A stretch of DNA of 64,000 nt from Parcubacteria group bacterium (GCA_028286565.1 JAQBRH010000002.1:81876-145875), one strand, 5' to 3'; shown: positions 25,667-35,905, counted from the stretch's first letter. Made by a program: numbers and translations. Notes: generated by a model from the letters alone, not told the origin.

Positions 25667-26618
25667 GATGTATCAATCCTACCTTATTTCGCACGTCGAT
25701 CATCTTATCGTGAATTATCTTTCGCATCTTGAGGCCTCCTTCAGTAATGATCTTCTTCACTTCGTCCGGCTTCCCTTCCCATTCCTTTCTCCTCTCTCGC
25801 ATCGGACCGATAAAGGCTTTGAGGTCTTCAGCCAGGGCTTCTTTGAGATCCTTATACTTGCCTTTCTTTTCTTCGTAGAGCGCATCGAGGTCGGCTTTGT
25901 CTTTGATCAAGGCGTGGATCGCATAGACATTCTCAGGTACTCCGGCGGCAGAGTCCGTGACGATCGACATCACCGCTTTATCTATCTCTTCGTCCGAGGC
26001 AAACAAAGGAATGGTGTTGTTGTAGCTCTTGCTCATCTTCTGTCCGTCGGTGCCTGGAGTAGCGGCCACAGACTCGAGGATAAGCGCCTCGGGCATTTTA
26101 AAGGTTTCTCCAAAGATCCGGTTGAACTTCTCGACGGTGTCGCGGGCGAATTCGACATGCTGTTTCTGGTCTTGTCCGACGGGTACGACATCCGCGTCGG
26201 GAGCGACGATGTCCGCAGCCATAAGGAGCGGATAATTGAAAACCCCGACGTTGATCTCTTTATTCTTGGCTTCGGCGTCCTTGAAGGCGTGCGCCCGCAT
26301 CAGGTACGGCATGGTAGTGAGGCATTCGAATATCCATGCGAGTTCGGCGAGGTGCGGGACATCCGACTGGAGGTAGAGCGTAGTCTTCTCCGGGTCAAGT
26401 CCTATCGCCAGGTAGTCGAGGACGACGTCGAACGAGTTTTGTTCCATCTCCTGCTTGTTCTGGATGGTGGTGAGGGCGTGGAGATTGGCCACAAAGATTC
26501 TGGACTCGTAATCTTCCTGGAGATCGGCGAACTGCTTCATCGCGCCGAAATAGTTGCCGATGTGCGGCCGCCCGGTCGGTTTTACCCCGGAAACTAGGAT
26601 CTTTTTCATACTCATCAC
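25659..26618 (-). CDS. trpS: Tryptophanyl-tRNA synthetase
   Basis: ILVSGVKPTGRPHIGNYFGA (HIGH-like) and KMSKS. Confidence 0.9.
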   Translation of the reverse strand: MMSMKKILVSGVKPTGRPHIGNYFGAMKQFADLQEDYESRIFVANLHALTTIQNKQEMEQNSFDVVLDYLAIGLDPEKTTLYLQSDVPHLAELAWIFECLTTMPYLMRAHAFKDAEAKNKEINVGVFNYPLLMAADIVAPDADVVPVGQDQKQHVEFARDTVEKFNRIFGETFKMPEALILESVAATPGTDGQKMSKSYNNTIPLFASDEEIDKAVMSIVTDSAAGVPENVYAIHALIKDKADLDALYEEKKGKYKDLKEALAEDLKAFIGPMRERRKEWEGKPDEVKKIITEGGLKMRKIIHDKMIDVRNKVGLIHHA

Positions 26619-26669
26619 TGTATCAAGAAAACGGCCTTATTTGAAGCTGTAAATGCTATCCTGTCATCC

Positions 26670-26698
26670 TTGACTTTGTGCCCTAAAAGTGATATGAT
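26670..26698 (+). promoter_or_regulatory. Sigma70-type promoter TTGACT-17-TATGAT with extended TG
   Basis: Hexamers and spacing; AGGAG SD sits 6 nt before GTG 26747. Confidence 0.55.
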
Positions 26699-26746
26699 AC
26701 AAGGCAGAAGCTCATTCTCATTAACCCAGTATCACAGGAGATCGGT

Positions 26747-28558
26747 GTGAAAGAATTTCGAGCAACGCTCAAAAGGATTGCGACTCTGTTTGCCCCTTTC
26801 AAGAGGCACCTGGTCGTCATTCTTCTTTTCCTCGCTGTGGCTGAATTCCTCGGCCTCGCATCCCCATTTCTTTTGGGTAAACTGGTCAACGGTCTTCAGT
26901 CGCACAAGCCGTTCAATGATCTGCTCGTGCTCGGCGCTCTCATGCTCGCTTCGTGGCTTACTGAGCTCATCGTGATGGTCAGCAAAGACGTCTACGAGTT
27001 CAAGCATGTCGCCTGGCAGGTCAACACCCATCTTACCGATCTTACGATCAAGAAGATCCTCACTCTGTCGATCGGGCAGCACAAGAGCCAGCACTCAGGC
27101 CTTACGCAGAGTGTGGTGAGCCAAGGACAGAACGCTGTACGCGAACTGGTGTGGCTTACTCTTTTTGTGGCCCTACCTCTCATGGCACGGCTGATAGTGG
27201 TAACTGCCGCCATCTTTTGGGTTCAGCATTTCGCCGGATCCATTATCCTAGGCGGAGTTATTGCCTACGGCGTGATCTCCTTTCGCGAGCAACAGAAAGT
27301 GTGGCCCAAGGTAAAGAAGGTGAACGACAAGAATCACCGTTCCAACAAGCACTTCTCCGAGATCCTGCGCAATACCAGTCTCATTCAAGTAAATTCGCAA
27401 GAAAGGCGGATGGCAGCTGAACACGGAAAAGGGCTGAAGGAGGTCTCTACCGAGTCGCAAAATCTCTGGATAGAATATGCCCATCGCAATGTGCCGCGGT
27501 ACGTCCTCCCCTATCTCTTGCGCTTCGTTGTCCTCATGATCGCCATTCAGTCGGTCTATGGTGGGCGTCATCCGTTTGGAGATTTGGTGGTCCTTGTCTA
27601 TTGGACCAATCAGGTCACGTCTGAACTGTGGATGATCGGGCGTTTGCAGAGACAGTGGATCGATCTCTCGGTGAACATGAAGAAGTACTTTGCCATCCTC
27701 GACATCGAGCCGATGGTGAAGGTGGTTCAAAACCCCGTCCGTATGGAAGGGCTGAAGGGGCGGATCGAGTTTAGGGATGTGGTATTCGCATACCCAACCA
27801 CTCGATACATCGAAGATGACCGCAAGGACAAGGATGCCGAGCTTGAAGAAGTGGTTTCTCATGGGCCGGCCTTGCGGAGCGTCAGCTTCGTCATCGAACA
27901 GGGCGAGAGCGTCGCATTTGTGGGCGCTTCCGGTGCTGGCAAGTCAACGATCATCAGTCTCTTGCTTCGAGGGTATGACCCCGATGAAGGGCAGATCCTC
28001 GTCGACACACATGACCTCAGGCTCGTTGACCTAAAGAGGTTTCGCGAGCAGGTTGGTCTCGTTGAGCAGAATGTAGTGCTTCTCGATAAGTCCCTTCGGG
28101 ACAATATCCTTTTCGGGCTTAACGGTCGCGCAAAGGATGTCACCGAAGAACGACTCGACGATCTGGCGCGTTCCTCTGCGATCGACCAGTTCCGTCATCG
28201 CCTTACCAAGGGCTGGGATACACGCATCGGCGAGAACGGAGTAGAACTGTCCGGTGGAGAGCGCCAAAGGGTCGGCATTGCAAGAGCCTTGATAAAGGAT
28301 CCTGCGGTGCTCGTCCTCGATGAGGCGACTTCAAGCCTCGATGCTGTAAATGAGCACCTGATCAAGGAAGCGGTTCGCACCGCCTCCAAGGGCCGCACCA
28401 CGATCATCATCGCCCACCGCCTTTCGACAGTTCGAGATGTGGACAAGATCTTCGTGATGAACAAAGGCCAGATAGTGGCCACTGGGCGTCACGAGGTTCT
28501 CTATCGTGAGTGTGAGATCTACAGAGAGCTTGTTGAAAAACAGCTCTTCGCAGTTTAA
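26747..28558 (+). CDS. ABC transporter, fused permease/ATPase (type I exporter, MsbA/multidrug-like)
   Basis: Six-TM domain; Walker A GASGAGKST, signature LSGGERQR, Walker B LVLDEATSSLD. Confidence 0.85.
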   Translation: MKEFRATLKRIATLFAPFKRHLVVILLFLAVAEFLGLASPFLLGKLVNGLQSHKPFNDLLVLGALMLASWLTELIVMVSKDVYEFKHVAWQVNTHLTDLTIKKILTLSIGQHKSQHSGLTQSVVSQGQNAVRELVWLTLFVALPLMARLIVVTAAIFWVQHFAGSIILGGVIAYGVISFREQQKVWPKVKKVNDKNHRSNKHFSEILRNTSLIQVNSQERRMAAEHGKGLKEVSTESQNLWIEYAHRNVPRYVLPYLLRFVVLMIAIQSVYGGRHPFGDLVVLVYWTNQVTSELWMIGRLQRQWIDLSVNMKKYFAILDIEPMVKVVQNPVRMEGLKGRIEFRDVVFAYPTTRYIEDDRKDKDAELEEVVSHGPALRSVSFVIEQGESVAFVGASGAGKSTIISLLLRGYDPDEGQILVDTHDLRLVDLKRFREQVGLVEQNVVLLDKSLRDNILFGLNGRAKDVTEERLDDLARSSAIDQFRHRLTKGWDTRIGENGVELSGGERQRVGIARALIKDPAVLVLDEATSSLDAVNEHLIKEAVRTASKGRTTIIIAHRLSTVRDVDKIFVMNKGQIVATGRHEVLYRECEIYRELVEKQLFAV

Positions 28559-28571
28559 ACAAATCGGTCTA

Positions 28572-28610
28572 TAAAAAATGTAAGAGCGCCTGACCAGCGC
28601 TCTTTTTCTT
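28572..28610. terminator. Bidirectional intrinsic terminator (AGAGCGC-ctgacca-GCGCTCT) with flanking A6 and T5 runs
   Basis: Sits between convergent ABC (+) and histidine kinase (-) genes. Confidence 0.7.
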
Positions 28611-28612
28611 AT

Positions 28613-30253
28613 TTATTTTCTTCGGATCGGAAGTTCGAGGTAGAAGGTGGAGCCTTTGCCCGAACCTTCGGATTCGACCCAGACTCGGCCCTTGTGGGCT
28701 TCGACGACCGCCTTCACGAAGGCCAGGCCGTAGCCGGTCGAGTTTATATTTATTTTCAAAGAATCCTTGCCTCGGCCTCCCTTGGTAAACAATTTCGGCT
28801 TGTCTTCTTCGGAGATTCCCACGCCCGTATCCTGGACCGAGAGGGTCATCTTTTCATCTTTGCTTTCAAGCTTCACCTTGAGCCCGCCTTTCAGCGTGTA
28901 GTGGATCGAGTTGTCTATGAGGTTCTTGATAGCCTCGCGGAGCTGCACATTGTCCCCTATCGAATGATATTCTCCGGGCACCAGTTCAAGATCAAATGTC
29001 AGTTCCCTTTCTTCGGCGTTCGACTTCTGGCTGTCCGCCACTTCTTTGACCAGTTCACCAAAATCATATGCATTCTCCGCATAGACCATCATCCCGCTTG
29101 CGGCGGATGAGCCGTTCAGCACTTCCTGGACGAATCCGACGGCTTCGGTGAGCGACGTCAGTCCTTCTTTGATCATAGGCTTCACTTCATCGGGCATGTG
29201 CCCGTAGTCGTCGGTTTGGAGCTCGGCGAAGATGTTCCTTGATTTTGAGAGGTACCCCTTCACCTGGTGGTTCATTATGTGGATGAGGTTCTCCTGGCCT
29301 TCGTTTGATTTTTGTAGCGCTTCTTTCTGCGTTTCAATTATTTCCCTCTGAACCACTTCCTGCCTGACTGAATTAATAAGTATCCACCCAAATAAGGTTG
29401 TAAGGATTAACGTTCCGCCCACAACTGCGTGAATGGTATCAGGGTCCTGAATGCTCAAAAGGGCTGCAGTTAATACCCATAAAGCAAGCACCAGAGCCGT
29501 GCTCCCAATTATTTTAATGTTAAAAATGCGAAACTTAACCATTGAATATACTAACAACCCAAGAAATATCGGCATTCCAAACAATCCATATTGTCCTAAT
29601 TGCCAATTTTCAGTAAAGCTTCCTATGATATTTCCCCATGAGAAGGCCAGCAAAAGAAACATGGTGCCTGCCCCTAAATAAAGAATTTCCTCGCGTAGAG
29701 CTTTGTCACGAGTTCTAAGAAAATTTTTCACACAAAATTGTAATGCGAGAATTGTAACAACAATTTCAATAAAATATGAATAATACAAAGCTACTGGGCC
29801 TTCATTTGCTAAACATGTAGTTATATTAAATCCAGAAAGAACTAGAGGAGTCGGAAGTAGTAGAATTACAGGTAGGTAGAGAATTCCTAAAGAGATCTTT
29901 TCGCTAAATCTCATATCTCTCTTTCCAACAAGTGTATATAAGAGATACAGGGCACCAATGTATACCAAAGGTTCAACAAGGACATCGATAGCCCAGACAA
30001 ACATAATGACATCGCTGCGGTTGCTTGCCCAATAAATAGAGTCGCATATAACCCAGATAGCGAAAGCGACGATGGTATAAAAAAGAACTTGATTAGGAAG
30101 ACTTTTCCGATTTTTGTGGAGAACAAAAAACCCTAATAATAAAGAAATAATTACTACAGGAAGATGCGAGTAGTAAACCAGAGGAGCAACATTTGGCCCA
30201 AACAATAGCCACTGCGCGCCCTCAAAATTACAAAATGAAATTGCGGTGGTCAT
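28613..30253 (-). CDS. Sensor histidine kinase with a large N-terminal multi-TM (7TM-like) sensor domain
   Basis: H-box region …IMNHQVKGYL…; N-box IKNLIDNSIHYT; G1 VQDTGVGI; G2 GYGLAFVK. The AT-rich N-terminal half has at least 7 TM helices. Confidence 0.8.
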   Translation of the reverse strand: MTTAISFCNFEGAQWLLFGPNVAPLVYYSHLPVVIISLLLGFFVLHKNRKSLPNQVLFYTIVAFAIWVICDSIYWASNRSDVIMFVWAIDVLVEPLVYIGALYLLYTLVGKRDMRFSEKISLGILYLPVILLLPTPLVLSGFNITTCLANEGPVALYYSYFIEIVVTILALQFCVKNFLRTRDKALREEILYLGAGTMFLLLAFSWGNIIGSFTENWQLGQYGLFGMPIFLGLLVYSMVKFRIFNIKIIGSTALVLALWVLTAALLSIQDPDTIHAVVGGTLILTTLFGWILINSVRQEVVQREIIETQKEALQKSNEGQENLIHIMNHQVKGYLSKSRNIFAELQTDDYGHMPDEVKPMIKEGLTSLTEAVGFVQEVLNGSSAASGMMVYAENAYDFGELVKEVADSQKSNAEERELTFDLELVPGEYHSIGDNVQLREAIKNLIDNSIHYTLKGGLKVKLESKDEKMTLSVQDTGVGISEEDKPKLFTKGGRGKDSLKININSTGYGLAFVKAVVEAHKGRVWVESEGSGKGSTFYLELPIRRK

Positions 30254-30309
30254 TAATTAATAAATAGGATAAAATTATTTTTCCAATTAATTATAGTATA
30301 CTACAACGA

Positions 30310-30711
30310 ATGATTCTTATAAAAGCAAAACGAGAGATAAGCCCTGTACACGGCATAGGTTTATTTGCTGACCAATTTATCCCCAAAGGGACTCCCACCT
30401 GGAAATATACTGCTTGGTTTGACTCATCTTATTCCCAGGAAGATGTAGACAATATGTCCGAGCATGCCAAAGCTCAATTTTTATGGTATGCGTATTTTGA
30501 TAAAGATACTCAAAAATATGTTTTGTGTGCTGATGACTACCGTTTTATTAATCATTCGAGCGATGGATTAAAGCGAAATATCCATTCAACTCCTAATGAA
30601 GATATAGCAGCACGTGATATTGAACCTGGAGAGGAGCTACTTTGTGACTACAATAAATTCGATGATACTTACTTTGATAGAATGGGGCTAGATCACTCTA
30701 AGCTTGTTTAA
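30310..30711 (+). CDS. SET-domain protein (putative lysine methyltransferase)
   Basis: SPVHGIGLFADQFIPKGT, RFINHSSDGLKRN (NHS core) and EELLCDY post-SET-like motifs; AT-rich. Confidence 0.75.
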   Translation: MILIKAKREISPVHGIGLFADQFIPKGTPTWKYTAWFDSSYSQEDVDNMSEHAKAQFLWYAYFDKDTQKYVLCADDYRFINHSSDGLKRNIHSTPNEDIAARDIEPGEELLCDYNKFDDTYFDRMGLDHSKLV

Positions 30712-30713
30712 TT

Positions 30714-31295
30714 CTAAAATTTTTTTGATGAAATTGGTAGACGCATAATTAAAATGGTAACCAAGCCGTTTATAATCAGCATATATATAGGGTAAATCCA
30801 CATATCAAAGCTCCAAACTCTAATAGCAAAAACATTTAGTAAGCATGCACTTGAGGTAAGCAACCATGGAAATCTTGCCTCACTGTAGGGTTCCAAAAGG
30901 CTCTTCCTCACTGTGGGCAGCATTCCCATAAAATCGATAAAAATATTAATCAAAAGAATATAAAGTGCGCTTTTTGTTCCTACCCAAACAAGTAAGCTGG
31001 CCAATGTTAAAGCTAAACAAATCTTATCAAATGTAGACCATTTATTGTTTCCATACTTTAGAGACAAAATAAATGTGATCAACTGTCCAATCGTATAGCT
31101 TGCAGGTAGCCACAGGGTATCTCTTGCTCCTAACGAGTAGTAGCTAACAAGTATTAGGAAGCTAACGATAGTAAGTATCATCCAAGTGGCTTGGTCTGGC
31201 TTGGTTCTACCTCTGATGATAGAAATATAATAAGCACAGAAAGCGAAAAAAGAGATTACTCCTGCGGTTACTCCCAATAATTCTTGGAATATCAT
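30714..31295 (-). CDS. Hypothetical polytopic membrane protein (about 6 TM helices)
   Basis: ORF whose start lies 5 nt after the stop of a coupled 39-codon ORF. Confidence 0.5.
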   Translation of the reverse strand: MIFQELLGVTAGVISFFAFCAYYISIIRGRTKPDQATWMILTIVSFLILVSYYSLGARDTLWLPASYTIGQLITFILSLKYGNNKWSTFDKICLALTLASLLVWVGTKSALYILLINIFIDFMGMLPTVRKSLLEPYSEARFPWLLTSSACLLNVFAIRVWSFDMWIYPIYMLIINGLVTILIMRLPISSKKF

Positions 31296-31300
31296 TGCGC

Positions 31301-31420
31301 TTACTCCGAGCTTGTTATTTTAAGATCCTTTTTAATAACAAATTTATAGTATGTAGTGATAACCGACATTATTAGAAGGATGAGAAGACTTGTGAGCAAA
31401 ACTTTAGATTTTCTATCCAT
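31301..31420 (-). CDS. Small 39-aa single-TM peptide, translationally coupled to speH
   Basis: Its ATG overlaps the speH stop (TATGGATAG). TM segment VLLTSLLILLIMSVITTYY. Its stop lies 5 nt before the next ATG. Confidence 0.35.
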   Translation of the reverse strand: MDRKSKVLLTSLLILLIMSVITTYYKFVIKKDLKITSSE

Positions 31421-31802
31421 AAATATTATTTTGAGGATATCGCAATCCTCGTTTAATAAAGTTTACTTCCTCTTCCTTTAAATTAAAAGCTTCCTTAAAG
31501 TAATCTTTGATTTTTTCAATGTCGAGGCCGTTCTGGCAGGTGTAGACATCGATCGAGACGAAGCCCCGGGCCGGGAAGGTGTGGACGCTGATGTGGCTTT
31601 CGGCGATCATCACAAAGCCGCTCCATCCTCCGGGGTCTTTTATATCGTTTGCCGGGGCGAATACGACCACAGGATCGCAGATAGTATGCATGCCCAGGAG
31701 TTCGGGAAGTTCAGAAAAAATTCGCTCTACAATCTTCTTGTCATTAAGAAGAATTTCCTCTCCGCCATATCCGTCGATGGTCAAATGTTCTCCAAAGTGC
31801 AT
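31413..31802 (-). CDS. speH: S-adenosylmethionine decarboxylase proenzyme (pyruvoyl-dependent, class 1b)
   Basis: GEHLTIDGYG; AESHISVHTFP (self-cleavage serine site); about 125 aa, typical of SpeH. Confidence 0.85.
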   Translation of the reverse strand: MHFGEHLTIDGYGGEEILLNDKKIVERIFSELPELLGMHTICDPVVVFAPANDIKDPGGWSGFVMIAESHISVHTFPARGFVSIDVYTCQNGLDIEKIKDYFKEAFNLKEEEVNFIKRGLRYPQNNIYG

Positions 31803-31821
31803 TTGTCTAAGTATAGACCGT

Positions 31822-32229
31822 TTAGAAAAACAAAACTACCAGCGGGGCGATGAGCCAAAGCGCGTAAGCAAGGTCCGGCACAAAAAATCGATCGATGAAC
31901 GGAGGGAGATCGTAAAGCGACTTGATCGGGATGATGTGATACAAGATCGAAAGGATGATCCCTGCACAGCCTAGGCTTAGGAGTACGGTCTTCATCATTC
32001 CCCACATTCCCCTGCCCGGATTCACTTGGACGATCCGATTCATCACAAACCACACAGGGACGCAAAAAAGAACAAACACACCAAGATGACTCCACACAGC
32101 AGGCATGCCTTTAGCCGCTCCGGTCAAGACTTTGGTGAGAGGAAGAACCGTAAATAAAAAAGATCCGATGTAGAGCGAAAGGATCGCGGAAACAAGTTTG
32201 TTCATGAACTCATTATAAAGCATTTTCAT
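31822..32229 (-). CDS. Hypothetical membrane protein (4 TM helices)
   Basis: ORF 19 nt upstream of speH; hydrophobic helices. Confidence 0.5.
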   Translation of the reverse strand: MKMLYNEFMNKLVSAILSLYIGSFLFTVLPLTKVLTGAAKGMPAVWSHLGVFVLFCVPVWFVMNRIVQVNPGRGMWGMMKTVLLSLGCAGIILSILYHIIPIKSLYDLPPFIDRFFVPDLAYALWLIAPLVVLFF

Positions 32230-32249
32230 TGTAATAAAAAAGCCCCAAG

Positions 32250-33059
32250 TCAGATGCTTGGAGCCAGTGAATTGTATTGGCGAAGGGCGAAGTCAACGTA
32301 GTCGATCACTTTCGTTTCGGAGAGTCCGTCCGCGTCATCCATGAGCCTTCCTTCGGCGTCAATCGAGATCTTGGGGAATTCCTCAAGAAGCGGATCAATG
32401 GAGTAGAGCGTCTCTTTGCTGAGCCCTCCGGCGATGCCGATACCGAAACCAAGATCTGCTTGATCGATCGCGCAGACAAGGCCTTGCATCCAGGTCGGTT
32501 CAAATAGTCGGCCGTATCCTCCGCTCAGGTCGAGAAGGATGTGGTTTACAACGCCTTGGTACCGTCGCAATTCCTCCACAATCTCATCTGATCCGCGGTG
32601 CAAGGCTTCAGGGGTCTCCGCGACGCATACTGCCCTTTTACCCAGCTGAAGGATGATCTCATATTGTCCTTTCGTTAGGTGCTTGAACTCGCCCAGGGTT
32701 TCTGCATCCGGCCAGCACAGGTTGAGTTGAAAACCTGCGAGGTAACCAGGTCGACATAGACGCGATACCGCGAGGAGCTCAACCAGCAGGTCTTCCTTCT
32801 TCGCATCCGTGTTGTAGTGGATGAATTGGTGAACCAGTCCTCGGCTGGATTTGGCTGGATCCATGAATGCATCCTGCAGTCTGTCACGTTCGGGGTATCT
32901 GCGCGGCCATGTGTTGGTTATGCCTCGAAGGGTCCTGGCAGAGACGAGAATGCCCGCCATGAGATGTATCCGTCGAGGGTTATTGAGCAAAAACCGCCTG
33001 GCGACCCGTTCTACAAGCGCGGCATAGGTAAAGCCCGTCACTCCGATGTATGTATGCAT
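32250..33059 (-). CDS. Hypothetical protein, possibly a TIM barrel (weak resemblance to phosphoribosylanthranilate isomerase C-terminal motifs)
   Basis: …HILLDLSGGYG…GIGIAGGLSKETL…ISIDAEGRL recalls the PRAI hGGL…VDvsSGvE pattern. Weak. Confidence 0.45.
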   Translation of the reverse strand: MHTYIGVTGFTYAALVERVARRFLLNNPRRIHLMAGILVSARTLRGITNTWPRRYPERDRLQDAFMDPAKSSRGLVHQFIHYNTDAKKEDLLVELLAVSRLCRPGYLAGFQLNLCWPDAETLGEFKHLTKGQYEIILQLGKRAVCVAETPEALHRGSDEIVEELRRYQGVVNHILLDLSGGYGRLFEPTWMQGLVCAIDQADLGFGIGIAGGLSKETLYSIDPLLEEFPKISIDAEGRLMDDADGLSETKVIDYVDFALRQYNSLAPSI

Positions 33060-33124
33060 GTGGCCTCAATGAAAGAATGGTCTTTCCCTAACCTACTCCT
33101 TTGAAGCATTAAAATCAAACATAT

Positions 33125-33994
33125 CTATATACCCTCTTTCTTTAATTCTTCCACCAGTTTCTTCGCGTCTTTGGAAAGTTTTTCAGGGATCTGTACCGTC
33201 GTCCGGATGTAGAGATCTCCACGGTCTTTGCCTCGAGGCACTCCTTTGTTCTTCACGCGAAGGATATTCCCGGTGTTCGTACCTGCGGGGACTTTCAGCT
33301 CGATGTCTCCATCAAGCGTCGTAATGTTTCGTGTAGAGCCGAGCAATGCTTCCGTGAGCTTGATAGAGAGATCCATCACCAGGTTGTAGCCTTCTTTACG
33401 GAGATACGCATGAGGCTTCACATGAATACGGATATAGAGGTCGCCCGATCGCCCATCAGGGATCGTCTCTCCTCCTTCATTCATGCGGATCATTTGGCCC
33501 GAGTCTATACCTGCGGGGACTTTGATCTCAACCTCCGCCTGTTTAACCAATTTTGAATTGATGCGGACCTTTTTGGTCGCTCCGAATACGGACTCCTCGA
33601 ATGTGATCTCGAGGTCGACTTGAACATCGCGTCCTTTGCGCATGCGGGCCCCGCCTCCAAAAATAGAGGACAAGATGTCTCCGAGGTCTCCCGTATCAAA
33701 TCCATTGGCGCTCTGGAAGCCGGAGAAATCAAATCCGAATCCGTTCGGGTCAAAGCCGCCTCCGAATCCCCCGCCGCCCATATTTCCTCCTGTTGAGCCG
33801 AATTGGTCGTATTGGGCGCGCTTTTGCTTATCAGAAAGCACTGAGTAGGCTTCACTCGCCTCTTTGAATTTAGCTTCGTTGCCGCCCTTTTTGTCCGGAT
33901 GATGTTCGTGGGCCTTTTTTCGGAAGGCCTTTTTGATATCCTCTTCGCTCGCGTTCTTGTCTACGCCTAAGGTCTGGTAGTAATCCTTGGCCAT
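33125..33994 (-). CDS. dnaJ: DnaJ-family co-chaperone without a zinc-finger domain (CbpA/type II-like)
   Basis: J-domain DYYQTLGV…HPDK, G/F-rich linker, C-terminal substrate-binding repeats; no CxxCxGxG repeats. Confidence 0.85.
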   Translation of the reverse strand: MAKDYYQTLGVDKNASEEDIKKAFRKKAHEHHPDKKGGNEAKFKEASEAYSVLSDKQKRAQYDQFGSTGGNMGGGGFGGGFDPNGFGFDFSGFQSANGFDTGDLGDILSSIFGGGARMRKGRDVQVDLEITFEESVFGATKKVRINSKLVKQAEVEIKVPAGIDSGQMIRMNEGGETIPDGRSGDLYIRIHVKPHAYLRKEGYNLVMDLSIKLTEALLGSTRNITTLDGDIELKVPAGTNTGNILRVKNKGVPRGKDRGDLYIRTTVQIPEKLSKDAKKLVEELKKEGI

Positions 33995-33997
33995 CGG

Positions 33998-35905
33998 TTA
34001 TTTGTTTTCTCCTTCAGGGTTTTCTTTGAACTCCGCGTCTTTCACGTTGTCAGTGCTAGGTGGTGGTTCAGTTGGAGTAGCTCCACTTGCTTGCGCTGAG
34101 CTTGTCGAAGCGTTCACAGCTTCGCCGATCTTTTGCATTTCAGTTGAAAGCGCTCCGGTCGCCGCTTTGATGGTTTCGATCGTGCCTGAGTCCTTTTCTT
34201 TCTTGGCAGCATCGATCTTCTCTTGCACGCTGTTCTTTATGTCTTCGGTGATGGCTGCAGCGTTGTCTTTGAGGGCTTTCTCTGCTGTATAGACAAGCTG
34301 TTCGGCCAGGTTTTTTGCATCGATGAGATCCTTTTTCTTTTGATCCTCGCTTGCATTTGCCTCTGCATCCTTCTGCATCTTCTCTATGTCTTCTTTTGAA
34401 AGGCCGGATGAAGCTTCGATCCTGATCGACTGCTCTTTGCCTGTGGCTTTATCCTTGGCCTTCACTGAAAGGATGCCGTTCGCGTCGACGTCGAAGGTCA
34501 CTTCGACCTGCGGCATGCCGCGAGGAGATGGAGGGATGCCGTCGAGGATGAACTTGCCGAGAGATTTGTTATCTGCAGCCATTGCCCGTTCCCCTTGGAC
34601 GATGTGGATCTCCACCGAGGTTTGATTATCTGCGGCGGTCGAGAAGACCTGGGATTTGGATGAAGGGATGGTGGTGTTTCGCTCAATGAGCTTGGTAGCT
34701 ACGCCTCCCATGGTCTCTATGCCGAGGGAAAGAGGGATGACGTCGAGGAGGAGCACGTCCTTCACATCACCGCTGATGATGCCCCCCTGAACCGCCGCTC
34801 CGAGGGCGACGACTTCATCCGGGTTGATGGATTTGTTAGGCTCCTTATTAAAGAATTTCTTGACCGCTTCGGAAATGGCCGGCATACGAGTCTGTCCTCC
34901 GACCAAAATGATCTCATTCAGGTCTTCGACCTTGAATGGAGAAGCTTCGACGGCTCTCTTGGTGATAGCTATGGCTCGGTCGATGAATTCTTGGGTCAAT
35001 TCTTCAAGCTTTGCACGAGAGAGCTTGAGCAAGAGGTGCTTCGGACCGGACGCGTCCGAGGTGATGAACGGGATGTTGATCTCCGTCTCTGTGGCGCTTG
35101 AGAGCTCGATCTTTGCCTTCTCAGCGGCTTCGTCGAGGCGCTGGAGGGCGAGGGCGTCAGTGCGGACATCGATGCCGGATTCTTTTTTGTATTCTTCGGC
35201 GATCCACTGGATGACCTTTTGGTCGATGTCCCGGCCTCCGAGGTGCGAGTCTCCGTCGGTCGATTTTACTTCGACCACATCATCGCCCACTTCGAGCACG
35301 GAGATGTCGAATGTTCCCCCTCCAAAGTCGAAGACAACGATCTTCTCGTTCTTTTTCTTATCAAATCCGTACGCAAGGGCGGCGGCCGTCGGTTCATTGA
35401 TGATTCGCTTCACGTCTAACCCTGCGATCTGCCCCGCGTCCTTGGTGGCTTTGCGCTGGGCATCATTAAAATATGCGGGCACGGTGATGACCGCCTCGGT
35501 GATCTTCTCTCCGAGCTTAGCTTCAACGTCTGCCTTGATCTTCTGGAGGATCATGGCGGATATTTCCTCCGGTCTGTAGTCCTTGTCTCCGAGGTGCACG
35601 AGCACTCCACCGTCAGGAGAGGCTTTGATCTCATACGGAGCGACTGCTTTGTCCTTCTGGACTGCAGGGTCAGAGAAAAGATGGCCCATGAAGCGCTTGA
35701 TACCGAACACCGTGTTTTTGGGATTGGTGACCGCCTGTCTCTTGGCGAGTAACCCAACCAGCCTCTCGCCGGTTTTTGAAATTGCCACAATAGAAGGAGT
35801 GGTACGGGCTCCTTCGGCGTTCTCGATTATTTTTGGGCTGCCGACTTCCATTACAGCCACAGCAGAGTTCGTCGTTCCCAAATCGATTCCAATGATCTTT
35901 GCCAT
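33998..35905 (-). CDS. dnaK: Chaperone DnaK (Hsp70)
   Basis: [22 protein letters not shown] and the full Hsp70 architecture with an acidic tail. Confidence 0.95.
   Translation of the reverse strand: MAKIIGIDLGTTNSAVAVMEVGSPKIIENAEGARTTPSIVAISKTGERLVGLLAKRQAVTNPKNTVFGIKRFMGHLFSDPAVQKDKAVAPYEIKASPDGGVLVHLGDKDYRPEEISAMILQKIKADVEAKLGEKITEAVITVPAYFNDAQRKATKDAGQIAGLDVKRIINEPTAAALAYGFDKKKNEKIVVFDFGGGTFDISVLEVGDDVVEVKSTDGDSHLGGRDIDQKVIQWIAEEYKKESGIDVRTDALALQRLDEAAEKAKIELSSATETEINIPFITSDASGPKHLLLKLSRAKLEELTQEFIDRAIAITKRAVEASPFKVEDLNEIILVGGQTRMPAISEAVKKFFNKEPNKSINPDEVVALGAAVQGGIISGDVKDVLLLDVIPLSLGIETMGGVATKLIERNTTIPSSKSQVFSTAADNQTSVEIHIVQGERAMAADNKSLGKFILDGIPPSPRGMPQVEVTFDVDANGILSVKAKDKATGKEQSIRIEASSGLSKEDIEKMQKDAEANASEDQKKKDLIDAKNLAEQLVYTAEKALKDNAAAITEDIKNSVQEKIDAAKKEKDSGTIETIKAATGALSTEMQKIGEAVNASTSSAQASGATPTEPPPSTDNVKDAEFKENPEGENK

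Noticed and set aside
25341-26597. 418-aa plus ORF antisense to trpS and aspS, and similar long antisense ORFs (34824..35579 opposite dnaK, 43166..44131, 50698..51468, 59820..60488)
   Set aside because: All lie entirely opposite high-confidence conserved genes and show antisense-type amino-acid bias.
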